DNA of 64,000 nt from Macrostomum hystrix. Taxonomy: Eukaryota; Animalia; Platyhelminthes. The notes under the pieces were generated by a model. It did no database searches, was not told where the DNA came from, and saw only the letters and a program-made list of their open reading frames with translations. The stretch lies in assembly GCA_950097015.1 (NCBI GenBank), contig CATNEN010000012.1:372001-436000 (forward strand), in the 5' to 3' direction. The translations under genes and the position numbers were made by a program. Shown here in pieces: positions 33,701 through 45,900 of the stretch (position 1 is its first letter; each line of letters begins with the position of its first letter).

Positions 33701-36700
33701 GCAGGCCAGACAGGCCAATCAGCACTTTGCGTAATTGAACAGTGCTCTATTATCACACGTTCCCCGATACCGAATTCAAAGGCTGCATCGTTGGCGACTC
33801 CGCTGTCAGCGATGACCAGCTGGCTAAGTGGGAGGGCCTGCGCACCCAGGAGTTCCTTCGCAGGCGCCAGGAAGCCGCCAGGCAGCAGCGGAAATCACCA
33901 GGCGATCCGTCAGCCAGACGCTCCGTCCATCTGCAGCAGCTGCCGGTAGCTGGTAGCGGCTCAGACACGACAGCCTCGATGGCGGCAGCGGTGGCTGCGG
34001 CGGCTGCAGCCGCAGCTGCTACAGCCCAGCAAGTTGACTGGGACACAATGCACTCAGTGGTTCGAGTGCGCCTGCGTGAAGGCCTGCGCGACACCGAGAA
34101 GCAGCTGCGCCGGCTTGACGATGTCGACGAGAGATGCGTTGGACTGACCGAGCGAGTCGACTGCCTGCAGGAGGAGGTGCGAAGGCTCGGCTTGCGGCTG
34201 GAGCATCAGCAGGCCGCCTGTCTGGACTCGCTGAAACAGCTGCTACAGCAGACCAGGTTGGCAACACAGTCGAGCCTTTCTGCTTTAGCTTTGGAAGCTC
34301 CTTATCCTACCTGTACCTCTTTCGACCATCCTGTACCTCTATTGACCATCCTGTACCTCTATTGACCATCCTGTACCTCAATTTACCATCCTTTACCTAT
34401 ATCCTATGACTATCCAATACCTCATTTGTCTATCCCGTACATATTTAAGTATTCCGTAACGTCTGGTAAATGGTATGGACTACCTGAAGTTCATTAACTG
34501 CCAGAAATACGCTAGTATGTGTTAACACTATCAGAGACCAAACAATGCTCAAATTTACACGCGCAGCCCTCGCTCCGGCTCAACAATGATCACTACTACA
34601 GCCACCAGTTTCCGACCAACCGTGTCGCCGTCTCAGCCGCCGCCACCTCCACCGGCTTCAAGGGACAACCGGCAGACGTTAAGATACCCAGCGGCTGTCC
34701 ATCACAACAGACTGTGCGTCAGAGACTTCATATTCAGAGCTTAGATTCAGTGACGCCATCTTAAAGTTCAGTGGTGTCCTCAGGCAAGTTTAATTTTTCT
34801 CTTTCAGGGAGGTTTCGGATCCCAAGAATGCTTCCGAAGCTGCGCCCAGACTTCCGACTGCAGCCGCCGTAGCCGCCACACAAAGCGTTCGACATTCGCC
34901 GATGCGGTCACAGGCGTCGCCGCGGGAGGCCCGGCAACCGCTTCAAGATTCGAGATCTGGTGGCGCTGCTGAAAGCAGGAGGTGACCAACTGAGCCTCAC
35001 AATATTGCGTTCGCTCTCCTTTCTTTAACCTTCCTTCCTTCATTTGTGTTGTTGCTCTGGAAGATACCCGGAACCAAATTGAATTGCAGCAATTCGGTGC
35101 ATCTCTCCGAAATTGACGTCAGAAGCGCTGGCCCTAGCAGTCGCCTCTCCTCCGTGGGCGATGCTTTGCTGACTTGGACGACGCTGACCCTCATGGAGCA
35201 CCGGCTGCTGCGGTCGAGACCATTCCGCTCGGTGACAGACTCGCTGACGAACCCTGTGAGTAGCTTGAGCACGGGATTTAAAACTTTCATTCGTAGTATA
35301 CCTGGGATTTAGGATCTTGTACTTGGATCTTGGACTTGGGATCCTGGACTTGGGATCCTGGACTTGGGATCTTGGACTTGGGATCTTGGACTTGGGATCT
35401 TGGACTTAAGATCTTGGACTTGGGATCTTGGACTTGGGATCTTGGACTTGGGATCTTGGACTTGGGATCTTGGACTTGGGATCCTGGACTTGGGATCTTG
35501 GACTTGGGATCTTGGACTTGGGATCTTGGACTTGGGATCTTGGACTTGGGAGTTGCTAATAATCTGGTGTTTCGGTTGACTGGGATTTTTTTCCTCTCCA
35601 CACAGCCATCCGCAGCCGACGACCCAGCCTGGCGGGACTGGCAGCGGGACGAGCTAGGCCTAGAAGACGGCACGGCAGACGATCGCCGACTCATATTCAA
35701 CACCTTCGACTCGGCGCGGGCCCTGAACCGGCGCTCTCTGCTGAACTCCGGCATCGGCGGCTACCAGCTGAGCGCCGACGGTTGGCCGCTGCCACCATCG
35801 TCGACGACGTCAACTAGACCTGCCGAGGCGGCGCCTGGCCGAGGCCCGCTGCCACTGTGGGGCCCGAACCACTGCCTGGCTGTGCTCATCACCCGATGGA
35901 AGAGGGACGAGAGGCACAACTTAGTGAAGAAGGGCAGCCAGAAGGTGCTGCAGTACGTCAGCGTGGCTGATCACCAAGTGCCCTGGGTGAGCGACTGCCT
36001 CGTTCAATCCACGAGTTCAAAGCTTCCCCGTGACCAGGCGGCATTGTGCCTGCCTTCCTCAGAGAGGCAGTTATATGTCCCGGTTTCCATAGGAACCTCT
36101 GCATCATACTCGGGATTAGTATCTGAGTCATTGGGATTAGTGTCCGGGAGAGATTGGGATTAGTGTCCGGGAGAGATTGGGATTAGTGTCCGAGAAAGAT
36201 TGGGATTAGTATCTGAGTCATTGGGATTAGTGTCCGAGAGAGATTGGGATTAGTGTCCGAGAGAGATTGGGATTAGTATCCGAGAGAGATTGGGATAAGT
36301 GTCCGAGAGAGATTGGGATGAGTGTCCGAGAGAGATTGGGATGAGTGTCCGAGAGAGATTGGGATAAGTGTCCGAGAGAGATTGGGATAAGTGTCCGAGA
36401 GAGATTGGGATGAGTGTCTGAGAGATTGGGATTAGTGTCCGAGAGAGATTGGGATGAGTGTCTGAGAGATTGGGATTAGTGTCCGAGAGAGATTGGGATT
36501 AGTGTCTGAGAGAGATTGGGATTAGTGTCCGAGAGAGATTGGGATTAGTGTCAGAGAGATTGGGATTAGTGTCAGAGAGATTGGGATTAGTGTCAGAGAG
36601 ATTGGGATTAGTATCCGAGAGAGATTGGGATAAGTGTCCGAGAGAGATTGGGATGAGTGTCCGAGAGAGATTGGGATAAGTGTCCGAGAGAGATTGGGAT

Positions 36701-38743
36701 AAGTGTCCGAGAGAGATTGGGATGAGTGTCTGAGAGATTGGGATTAGTGTCCGAGAGAGATTGGGATGAGTGTCTGAGAGATTGGGATTAGTGTCCGAGA
36801 GAGATTGGGATTAGTGTCTGAGAGAGATTGGGATTAGTGTCCGAGAGAGATTGGGATTAGTGTCAGAGAGATTGGGATTAGTGTCAGAGAGATTGGGATT
36901 AGTGTCAGAGAGATTGGGATTAGTGTCTGAGAGAGATTGGGATGAGTGTCCGAGAGAGATTGGGATTAGTGTCTGAGAGAGATTGGGATTAGTGTCCGAG
37001 AGAGATTGGGATTAGTGTCTGAGAGAGATTGGGATTAGTGTCCGAGAGAGATTGGGATTAGTGTCCGAGAGAGATTGGGATGAGTGTCCGAGAGAGATTG
37101 GGATTAGTATCTGAGAGATTGGGATTAGTGTCCGAGAGAGATTGGGATTAGTGTCTGAGAGAGATTGGGATTAGTGTCCGAGAGAGATTGGGATTAGTGT
37201 CCGAGAGAGATTGGGATTAGTGTCTGAGAGAGATTGGGATTAGTGTCCGAGAGAGATTGGGATTAGTGTCCGAGAGAGATTGGGATTAGTGTCCGAGAGA
37301 GATTGGGATTAGTGTCCGAGAGAGATTGGGATTAGTGTCCGAGAGAGATTGGGATTAGTGTCTGAGAGAGATTGGGATTAGTATCTGAGAGATTGGGATT
37401 AGTGTCCGAGAGAGATTGGGATTAGTGTCTGAGAGAGATTGGGATTAGTGTCCGAGAGAGATTGGGATTAGTGTCCGAGAGAGATTGGGATTAGTGTCTG
37501 AGAGAGATTGGGATTAGTGTCCGAGACAGATTGGGATTAGTGTCCGAGAGAGATTGGGATGAGTGTCCGAGAGAGATTGGGATGAGTGTCTGAGAGAGAT
37601 TGGGATGAGTGTCTGAGAGAGATTGGGATTAGTGTCCGAGAGAGATTGGGATTAGTGTTAAGGAGATATTGGGTTTGAGTCCGTGTGTCCAATGCTCAGC
37701 TAAGCACAAGAAGAGACTAATACCTGAACAAAATGGCAATCAATCAAACTTTCACTTTGTTTAAGTTTCTGGTGAAGCACCCGGAGCTCTGCGGCCTGAC
37801 CGGGTGCCCAACTGCAGCATCGGCAGCACCCACCGCCTGTCACGAGGAGCTCACACTGAGCTGGCTGCAGGAGTCGATAATTGAAGAGGCCAGAGCCCGC
37901 CCCGACTCCCGTCGCCAACTGGAGCGCGCACTGACCAGTCTGCGGCAGGCTACCACCAGGACAGTACGTCCGTCAGCACTTTCAATTTCGGCATTTTCTC
38001 CGCTGTCTCATCTCTCCACTGTCTCATCTCTCCACTGTCTTATCACTCCACTGTCTCATCTCTCCATTGTCTCATCTCTCCACTGTCTCATCTCTTCACT
38101 GTCTCATCTCTCCACTGTCTTATCTCTCCACTGTCTTATCTCTCCACTGTCTTATCTCTCCACTGTCTTATCTCTCCACTGTCTTATCTCTCCACTGTCT
38201 TATCTCTCCACTGTCTTATCTCTCCACTGTCTTATCTCTCCACTGTCTTATCTCTCCACTGTCTTATCTCTCCACTGTCTTATCTCTCCACTGTCTTATC
38301 TCTCCACTGTCTTATCTCTCCACTGTCTTATCTCTCCACTGTCTTATCTCTCCACTGTCTTATCTCTCCACTGTCTTATCTCTCCACTGTCTTATCTCTC
38401 CACTGTCTTATCTCTCCACTGTCTCATTTCTCCGCAGTCTCATCTCCCCGCTGTCTTATCTCTACCCGTCAATCTAGCCCGCCCCTGATCGAACATTTTC
38501 ATCCAGTTGTACATCGGAGCTCCGTCATTGTCATCCGCCACCAACGCCTGGTTAGAGCTGGTCTGCGTCAATGTCCACGAGAACTACACCTCCGGCATTG
38601 GCGACCAGCTTCTGGCCGCTGCCTCAGCTCTCGGCGACCTTGATAGGCCTGGGTGGGCCGACCTGGCTAACAGAAGAATTCTGGGCCCTGTTGAGCGAAT
38701 GCTCTTCAGATTGGCTGCTCAGCAACACGGGGCCGCGTTCTGA
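15711..38743 (+). CDS. TRPM: TRPM-family cation channel with N-terminal ankyrin repeats and C-terminal NUDT9H (TRPM2-like), ~1,906 aa
   Basis: 24 exons in phase: 15711-15935, 16784-16909, 16992-17192, 18364-18435, 18524-18588, 18678-18870, 19317-19488, 19608-19774, 19889-20118, 20606-21080, 21397-21549, 21811-22464, 26820-27023, 27359-27802, 28219-28414, 28904-29033, 32863-33059, 33743-34256, 34567-34713, 34808-34981, 35090-35255, 35606-35986, 37766-37963, 38507-38743, plus an optional 28506-28517. Motifs: ankyrin GETPLHLA, GNTPCHLA, GKTPADLA; CHCG..TDAFG; SLOG LVTVLGG; LDPNHSFFLLVDD; GSGGLAD; FYATP; LGPKVVMI; pore YFESFGEL; S6 NVLLLNLLIAMF; TRP box WTLQRY; NUDT9H WGPNH..ITRW and TNAWLE. Confidence 0.88.
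15961..16748. repeat. 24-bp intronic minisatellite, ~33 copies
   Basis: CCAAGATGCTGTGGAGTTGTGTCT, TRPM intron 1. Confidence 0.97.
17381..17442 (-). mobile_element. tRNA-like SINE head fragment
   Basis: The minus strand reads TAGTTGCCCAAACGTTAGAGC...GTCGGGAGTTCGATTCCCGAC: an A-box-like segment plus a T-arm hairpin with B box. No intact cloverleaf. Confidence 0.4.
17505..18178. mobile_element. hAT-superfamily MITE (674 bp) carrying an internal minisatellite
   Basis: TIRs TAGGGGTAGGCAAACT and AGTTTGCCGACCCCTG. 8-bp TSD AGTTAGAA (17497-17504) / AGTTAGAT (18179-18186) with central TA. Subterminal GGCCCGCGGGCC as in Charlie/Buster-type hATs. Confidence 0.85.
17590..18090. repeat. 16-bp minisatellite inside the hAT MITE
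   Basis: GGGAGAGATTAGACAC and the GATAAG/GATGAG variants. Confidence 0.95.
20230..20460 (+). mobile_element. Dispersed intronic repeat, family B (TRPM intron 9)
   Basis: CCACATTTTTCTTTTTTCTGTATCTCCTAAAA.ATTCAACCAATGG..CCATGAAAATG.AGAACACGGGCTA is shared with 58200-58275. Confidence 0.7.
21256..21340. repeat. 20-bp short array
   Basis: GGGGACTCGGGGAGTGGAAT, ~4 copies. Confidence 0.85.
21610..21789. repeat. 22-bp intronic minisatellite, ~8 copies
   Basis: CCCAATTAGCCTACAGTATCTA; fills most of TRPM intron 11. Confidence 0.96.
22503..26742. repeat. 23-bp purine-rich satellite, ~4.2 kb (~185 copies)
   Basis: GGAAGAGTAGATATGGGAAGATA with GATGAGGAAG and GTTGAAATGG variants; fills TRPM intron 12. 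Confidence 0.98.
27115..27310. repeat. 41-bp intronic minisatellite, ~4.5 copies
   Basis: GGAAGGGGTTGTTAGTCAGGACCAATTAGCATCGGATCCCG. Confidence 0.93.
27788..27935. repeat. 28-bp tandem duplication of an exon end plus 5' splice site (5 copies)
   Basis: CATGATTCAGACAATG|GTGAGTGGGGCT repeated; the first copy is the true end of TRPM exon 14 (27802). Confidence 0.95.
27932..28078 (+). mobile_element. tRNA-derived SINE-like repeat, copy 2 (5'-truncated)
   Basis: Begins at the B-box-like TTCGATTCCGCGGCGAGGC; reverse-complement homology to 8613-8750. Confidence 0.65.
28548..28888. repeat. 21-bp intronic minisatellite, ~16 copies
   Basis: ATCTGACATCCCACTGACACA. Confidence 0.96.
29150..32832. repeat. 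37-bp satellite, ~3.7 kb (~100 copies)
   Basis: GATTGCTAATCTATCCCATGGATGAAGGAATAGAATG; fills the intron between the S6 exon and the TRP-box exon. Confidence 0.98.
34310..34395. repeat. 20-bp short array
   Basis: ACCATCCTGTACCTCTATTG, ~4 copies. Confidence 0.85.
35310..35550. repeat. 14-bp intronic minisatellite
   Basis: TGGACTTGGGATCT. Confidence 0.96.
36110..37658. repeat. 23-bp (and 21-bp variant) intronic minisatellite, ~1.55 kb
   Basis: GAGAGAGATTGGGATTAGTGTCC. Confidence 0.97.
37995..38462. repeat. 16-bp pyrimidine-rich intronic minisatellite
   Basis: CTGTCTTATCTCTCCA; last TRPM intron. Confidence 0.96.
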
Positions 38744-39996
38744 ATTGTCTCTCCGGCCTTTCCGACTGACACTTTCGACGTCAATTCTATTAGTTTAAAA
38801 ATATATCTCGATATTGGTCCGGTTCATGGTTATTTTATTTTTTAAATTAATATTTTCTTTCGCGACATCAGCTGGCCGTAGATTAAACTTTCATGATTCG
38901 TGATTTTTTTTAAATCACCCCACAAGTTTCTTGCAGTCTTATGCTTATTTTTTATTTAATATATAACTGGGTGAAGAATTTGATGCCATTTTAATTTTTT
39001 ACGTGTGACAAAAGCGTTTTTTGCGAAAAATTATATACAACATTCGTTACAACTTTAACTGCCGAGTAGAAATTAATGTACTTTTAATTCGCAAACTACT
39101 TTTACTAGTGATCTTTCCATTTATTTTCGCTCAGCTGATAATTAAAATCTATAAACGCCTTTAAATTGTTCAGTTTAATAAATATTGGCTTTATAAATAT
39201 AGCTTAATTATAAATATTAAAATAAAGTTTATATTTTACTAATCCTTTATAAAAAAATTGTAGTATCAGAACTTTCAGTCAAAATATAAAATTAAAAATT
39301 AAACTGCATGTTTATGTGTGCAAGGCTCAAAGTGTTAGACTGTGGTAAAAATTTCAAACTTGAAAGAATAAATTCAAAATTCAAGTATAAAAAATACGAG
39401 ATCAATGAATGTAGAGCGAGTTAGTTAATATATACGAGTGATTTACAGCATTGAGGGTAAATACTTGCTACTGAAAATCAATATCATTGATAAAAAATAT
39501 AACCGCTCTGCCATGTGAAAACTTTTTTAATTCCTTTAATTATTGTCTTATAAAAAATATAACAAACTGCAAGTTCTGTTTTAAAAGAAAAGTTAATGCG
39601 TTTCGAAATATAATACTATCATACTATCCGTAATAAAAATGCTTTTCGACATCATTAAGAAATTTAATTACTTATTTAATTGAAGATTTGCACCTGATAC
39701 ACAAAACTTTTTTGTTTTATAGTAGACCATATAGCTTCCGCGGCAAAAATTTAAAAGCATTTGCATGCCTCGTTGGTGAACGATCTATTGTCGGCAAAAG
39801 TTGTGACATCGCGTGAACCTGTCGCAGCTTTCAGTTTTAGTTAAATACGAAATAATAAAATTTTATACCATAAAAATTTTGAATCCGTTGATCACTCTTT
39901 CGTACTTTTAGACTCCTGCACTTTATTCAGTAAAATACAAATGAGCAACATTTTCTATCCACGCTATAGAAAGCCCCCTTTGTAAATCATTTGGCT

Positions 39997-42900
39997 ATGA
40001 CACACGAGTGCTCCGCTCTAACTAATGGCTCTGGAGACAAGTCTATTACAGCAGCTGCAACAGCTGATGTGGAGGAGACCTGCAAACTCTCGGCTGTCAT
40101 CAATGACGGCTGCGACGATGAGTCGGTGAGTGAGAATATCTGAGAGAATAACTGAGAGCAAGGGAACGAAACTGGGAATGAGGAACTTTTTAGGTAATAA
40201 GCAGCCAAGTTGACTATTTTAGAGTGATTATTAGTTGCTTGAGTAAATGCTTTAAAAGCTGCTTCCATTTCAATCTGTTCCAATCAGACAATCATCGGTT
40301 TCATCCGTTGCCCTTGGCGTTGCCTCCTGGCCTGGGCCGGCTGCCTCATGACAGCCTTCGCTCTGCGTCTCGTATTGTACTGGCGACCCGACTGGCGCGT
40401 GAAGTGCACGCATCGGCCCTGCCACCTGCGACTGGCCCAGGCCGTGCTGGTCAAGGTGAACGGTGGCTTTGGATGGGGTGTGGGATTCTTTATCGGACGG
40501 AGTATGGGATTCGGTGTTCGGTTCAGTGTGGTACGGAGTGTTTGATTCGGAGAAAGATACAGTGTGGGATTTAGTGTGTGATTCAGTGTGGGATTCAGTG
40601 TGGGATTATGTGTGGGATTCAGTGTGGGATTTAGTGTGTGATTCAGTGTGGGATTTAGTGTGGGATTCAGTGTGGGATTCAGTGTGGAATTCAGTGTGGG
40701 ATTCAGTGTGGGATTCAGTTTGGGATTCAGTGTAAGATTCAGTGTAAGATTCAGTGTGGGATTTAGTGTGTGATTCAGTGTGGAATTCAGTGTGGGATTA
40801 TGTGTGGGATTCAGTGTGGGATTTAGTGTGTGATTCAGTGTGGGATTCAGTGTGGGATTCAGTGTGGGATTCAGTGTAGAATTCAATGTGGGATTCAGTG
40901 TGGGATTCAGTGTAGAATTCAATGTGGGATTCAGTGTGGAATTCAGTGTGGGATGAAGTGTGGTACGGAGTGTTGGATTCGGAGTAAGATTCAGTGTGGG
41001 ATGAAGTGTGGTACGGAGTGTTGGATTCGGAGTAAGATTCAGTGTGGGATGAAGTGTGGTACGGAGTGTTGGATTCGGAGTAAGATTCAGTGTGGGATGA
41101 AGTGTAGTACGGAGTGTTGGATTCGGAGTAAGATTCAGTGTGGGATGAAGTGTGGTACGGAGTGTTGGATTCGGAGTAAGATTCAGTGTGGGATGAAGTG
41201 TGGTACGGAGTGTTGGATTCGGAGTAAGATTCAGTGTGGGATGAAGTGTGGTACGGAGTGTTGGATTCGGAGTAAGATTCAGTGTGGGATGAAGTGTGGT
41301 ACGGAGTGTTGGATTCGGAGTAAGATTCAGTGTGGGATGAAGTGTGGTACGGAGTGTTGGATTCGGAGTAAGATTCAGTGTGGGATGAAGTGTGGTACGG
41401 AGTACAGGATGTAGTCGTCGAAGGATCCGTGTCGAAGAAAAATGAAAAACTTGTTTATTAACCTGAAAATTATTTTCAGGACCAATATAACCAGATCTTC
41501 GTGCACAAGGTACACCTGGCAACTGAAGCTGGACTCAGGTGAGAATTTGATCATTGAGACCCAAGTACAGAAGGTTTAACAAATCCAAATTCTCATCACT
41601 ATCTCAAACCGCACGAGCTATTTCCGGATTAATCCGGCCAAGCTTTAAAAATAGACTCCTTAGAGGGGTAGGACTGAAGCCAGCAACCATTTGTTGAGTG
41701 CATTAATTTAAATCTAGCTTGTGCTCACTAAATTACTGGAGAAAGAAGTATTTCTACACCGCCACAACTGCCGGGGTTTAACTTTTGTTTACACGAGTGC
41801 GCGGGGTGCTAACAATCTGCGGCAAGGCGCTGTATAGCTCTATCTAATATAAGCTGAAAATACTAAATTATCAGGAAATACACATGGCTCATAGATGTAC
41901 CCAAGCCGAGCACGAATGTCTCTTTTGTCTCTTTTGTCTGAGTCGTAGAAAAAACGAGAGGACTACCGTTGACACGTTGATTAAAGGAATTGAATAGAAC
42001 TCCCCAAAGAGATCTAATACTGACTTAACTACTCCCCATAGACACCTACTCCCATAGACAGCTACTCCCATAGACAGCTACTCCCATAGACACCTACTCC
42101 CCATAGAAACCTAGTTCCCATGGACAGCTACTCCCCATAGACAACTACTCCCATAGACAACTACTCCCATAGACAACTACTCCCCACAGACAACTACTCC
42201 CCACAGACAACTACTCCCATAGACAACTACTCCCATAGACAACTACTCCCCACAGACAACTACTCCCCACAGACAACTACTCCCATAGACAACTACTCCC
42301 ATAGACAACTACTCCCATAGACAACTACTCCCCACAGACAACTACTCCCCACAGACAACTACTCCCATAGACAACTACTCCCATAGACAACTACTCCCCA
42401 CAGACAACTACTCCCATAGACAACTACTCCCCATAGACAACTACTCCCATAGACAGCTACTCCCATAGACAACTACTCCCCATAGACAACTACTCCCATA
42501 GACAGCTACTCCCATAGACAACTACTCCCATAGACAACTACTCCCATAGACAACTACTCCCATAGACAACTACTCCCCACAGACAACTACTCCCATAGAC
42601 AACTACTCCCCATAGACAACTACTCCCATAGACAGCTACTCCCATAGACAACTACTCCCCATAGACAACTACTCCCATAGACAGCTACTCCCATAGACAA
42701 CTACTCCCCATAGACAACTACTCCCTTAGGCAACTACTCCCATAGACAACTACTCCCATAGACAACTACTCCCATAGACAACTACTCCCATAGGCAACTA
42801 CTCCCATAGACAACTACTCCCCATAGACAAGTACTCCCATAGACAACTACTCCCATAGACAACTACTCCCATAGACAGCTACTCCCATAGACAACTACTC

Positions 42901-45900
42901 CCATAGACAACTACTCCCTAGACAACTACTCCCCATAGACAACTACTCCCCATAGACAACTACTCCCATAGGCAACTACTCCCATAGACAACTACTCCCC
43001 ATAGACAAGTACTCCCATAGACAACTACTCCCATAGACAACTACTCCCATAGACAACTACTCCCATAGACAGCTACTCCCATAGACAACTACTCCCATAG
43101 ACAACTACTCCCTAGACAACTACTCCCCATAGACAACTACTCCCATAGACAACTACTCCCATAGACAACTACTCCCATAGACAACTACTCCCCATAGACA
43201 ACTACTCCCATAGACAGCTACTCCCATAGACAACTACTCCCCATAGACAAGTACTCCCATAGACAACTACTCCCATAGACAACTACTCCCATAGACAGCT
43301 ACTCCCATAGACAACTACTCCCATAGACAACTACTCCCTAGACAACTACTCCCCATAGACAACTACTCCCATAGACAACTACTCCCATAGACAACTACTC
43401 CCATAGGCAACTACTCCCATAGACAACTACTCCCCATAGACAACTACTCCCATAGGCAACTACTCCCATAGACAACTACTCCCCATAGACAAGTACTCCC
43501 ATAGACAACTACTCCCATAGACAACTACTCCCATAGACAGCTACTCCCATAGACAGCTACTCCCATAGACAACTACTCCCATAGGCAACTACTCCCATAG
43601 ACAACTACTCCCCATAGACAACTACTCCCCATAGACAACTACTCCCATAGACACCTACAACTCTCCAGTGACATCCAACCAACTGCAGGGTGCGGCCGGT
43701 CGAAACGCCGAGGGCCGGCGGCGGTTTCGGTCGCTTTCTGGCCAGTGCGCGAAACCGGAGCGAACACGAGGTTGACGATGAGTCAGCAGAAGTCGACCAA
43801 CTGGCGGCCTGCGAGGTCAGGTGTTACGTTCCCTATGAAACATACATTCCACATTAGGCACTTAAAATGTGGCTTCAAAAGAAGATCACTGTGTGCCCAA
43901 TATTCTGAAACAAGAAACCTGTAAGAAATGGCAGTGCGCGCAAATGTACATTATTTGTGCTGAAATGAAGCACAAAAGACCGAAAACAATTCAACTGTAA
44001 TGGCCACCAGTCAAAGAAATAGTTATTCAAATGCCTTTCTCACTGACTAAGAAACTAAGATGAATGCCAGCCAGCTAGACTCAGATGCATTCATTTTCTC
44101 GCATTCGGCATTTCTTATTCACAGCTTCGGATTGAAATAAAAAGTCTTTCAAGATCACTGTACACTACTCACGACGGGAAAGTAGTGCGCCATGCATTTT
44201 ACAGGTATTTTGCAACTCTATAGTTTTAAGAATTCGCTAATTTAAATTGCAGGACGCCGGCTTGATTCGCTACTTCTTTCACAAGAAAGTGAAGTACATC
44301 TGGGATTCGGATTCGGAGAGGTTTGCTAAAATTGAGTAAGTCAGCGTTGGGCAGCTTGCCTGCACCTTATAAGTAGCTGGTTTGAGTGGAACGCTTTGCG
44401 TCCGCGTTTCAGAGTTTTCGCCAGCACCCCCTGCTCGCTGCTGCATCAGGCCAGGGGCCTCTCCAACCAGGAGGCCGCAGTCAGACGAGCTCGATTTGGC
44501 CGAAACCGAGTCTTCATACCGCTGACCCCGCTGTGGCGCCTGTTTGTGCTCAAGGTCTGAGTCCGGAGTGGGTCAGGAGTGGGTCAGGAGTGGGTCAGGA
44601 CTTGGTCAGGACTTGGTCAGGACTGGATCTGTGGGTCAGGAATTCATCAGGAGTTCATTAGGAACAGGTCAAGATTTCATCAGGATTGGGTCGGGATTTC
44701 ATCAGGAGTGGGTCAGGATTAGGTCAGGATTTCATCAGAATTAGGTCAGGATTTCAGCAGGATTGGGTCAGGATTTCATCAGGAGTTCATCAGGATTTTA
44801 TCAGGAGTGGATCAGGAGTTCATCAGGAGTTAATCAGGAATTGTTCAGGATTTCATCAGGAGTGGGTCAGGATTTCATCAGGATTGGGTCAGGAGTTCAT
44901 CAGGAGTTCATCAAGAATTGGTCATAAATCCTTGATTAAGGATTTAATCAGAAGTGGGTCAGGAGTGTGTCAGGAGTTGATCAAAAGTGGGTCAGGACTT
45001 CAGCAGGAGTGGGTCAGGAGTTCATTAGGAATTGGTCAAGATTTCATCAGGAGTGGGTCAGGAGTTCATTAGGAATTGGTCAAGATTTCAGCAGGAGTGG
45101 GTCAGGAGTTCATTAGGAATTGGTCAAGATTTCATCAGGAGTGGGTCAGGAGTTCATTAGGAATTGGTCAAGATTTCATCAGGAGTGAGTCAGGAGTTCA
45201 TTAGGAATTGGTCAAGATTTCATCAGGAGTGGGTAAGGATTTCATTAGGAATTGGTCAAGATTTCATCAGGAGTGGGTCAGGAGTTCATTAGGAATTGGT
45301 CAAGATTTCATCAGGAGTGGGTCAGGAGTTCATTAGGAATTGGTCAAGATTTCATCAGGAGTGGGTAAGGATTTCATTAGGAATTGGTCAAGATTTCATC
45401 AGGGGTGGGTCAGGAGTTCATTAGGAATTGGTCAAGATTTCATCAGGAGTGAGTCAGGAGTGTGTCAGGAGTACGTCAGGAGTGGGTCAGGAGATTATCA
45501 GGAGTGCGTCAGGATTTCATTAGGGTTTTGAACACGAGAAAGAACTCAAAGAGTAGCTCTTTCAAAAGTTATAGGTGTTTCGAGGCCTTGAGGTTAAATG
45601 GAGAGCTTTAAGTTCACCGCTTGCATTTTAGTTTCTGCACCCGTTCTACATCTTCCTTCTGTTCAGTGTGTGCCTGTGGTTCTTCCAGGGCTACTGGATG
45701 TACGCCACCTGCATTATCATGTTATCTTTGTTATCTCTAGCTCTGGCTGTATCGGAGACCGCCCGGGTAAGAGGCTACTGAAATTTAGTTTACCACCAAG
45801 CCACTGATTGGCTGATGAAAATTAGTTTACCACCAAGGTCACTGATTGGCTGATGAAAATTAGTTTACCACCAAGGCCACTGATTGGCTGATGAAAATTA

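Noticed and set aside
34808-34981. Alternative frame in TRPM exon 20 (RFRIP...LQPP*PPH...FKIRDLVALLKAG) suggesting stop readthrough
   Set aside because: The frame set by the neighbouring phase-2 junctions is fully open, so no recoding is needed.
38800-39950. AT-rich spacer between TRPM and ATP13A as a DNA transposon
   Set aside because: No TIR pair or TSD found by eye.
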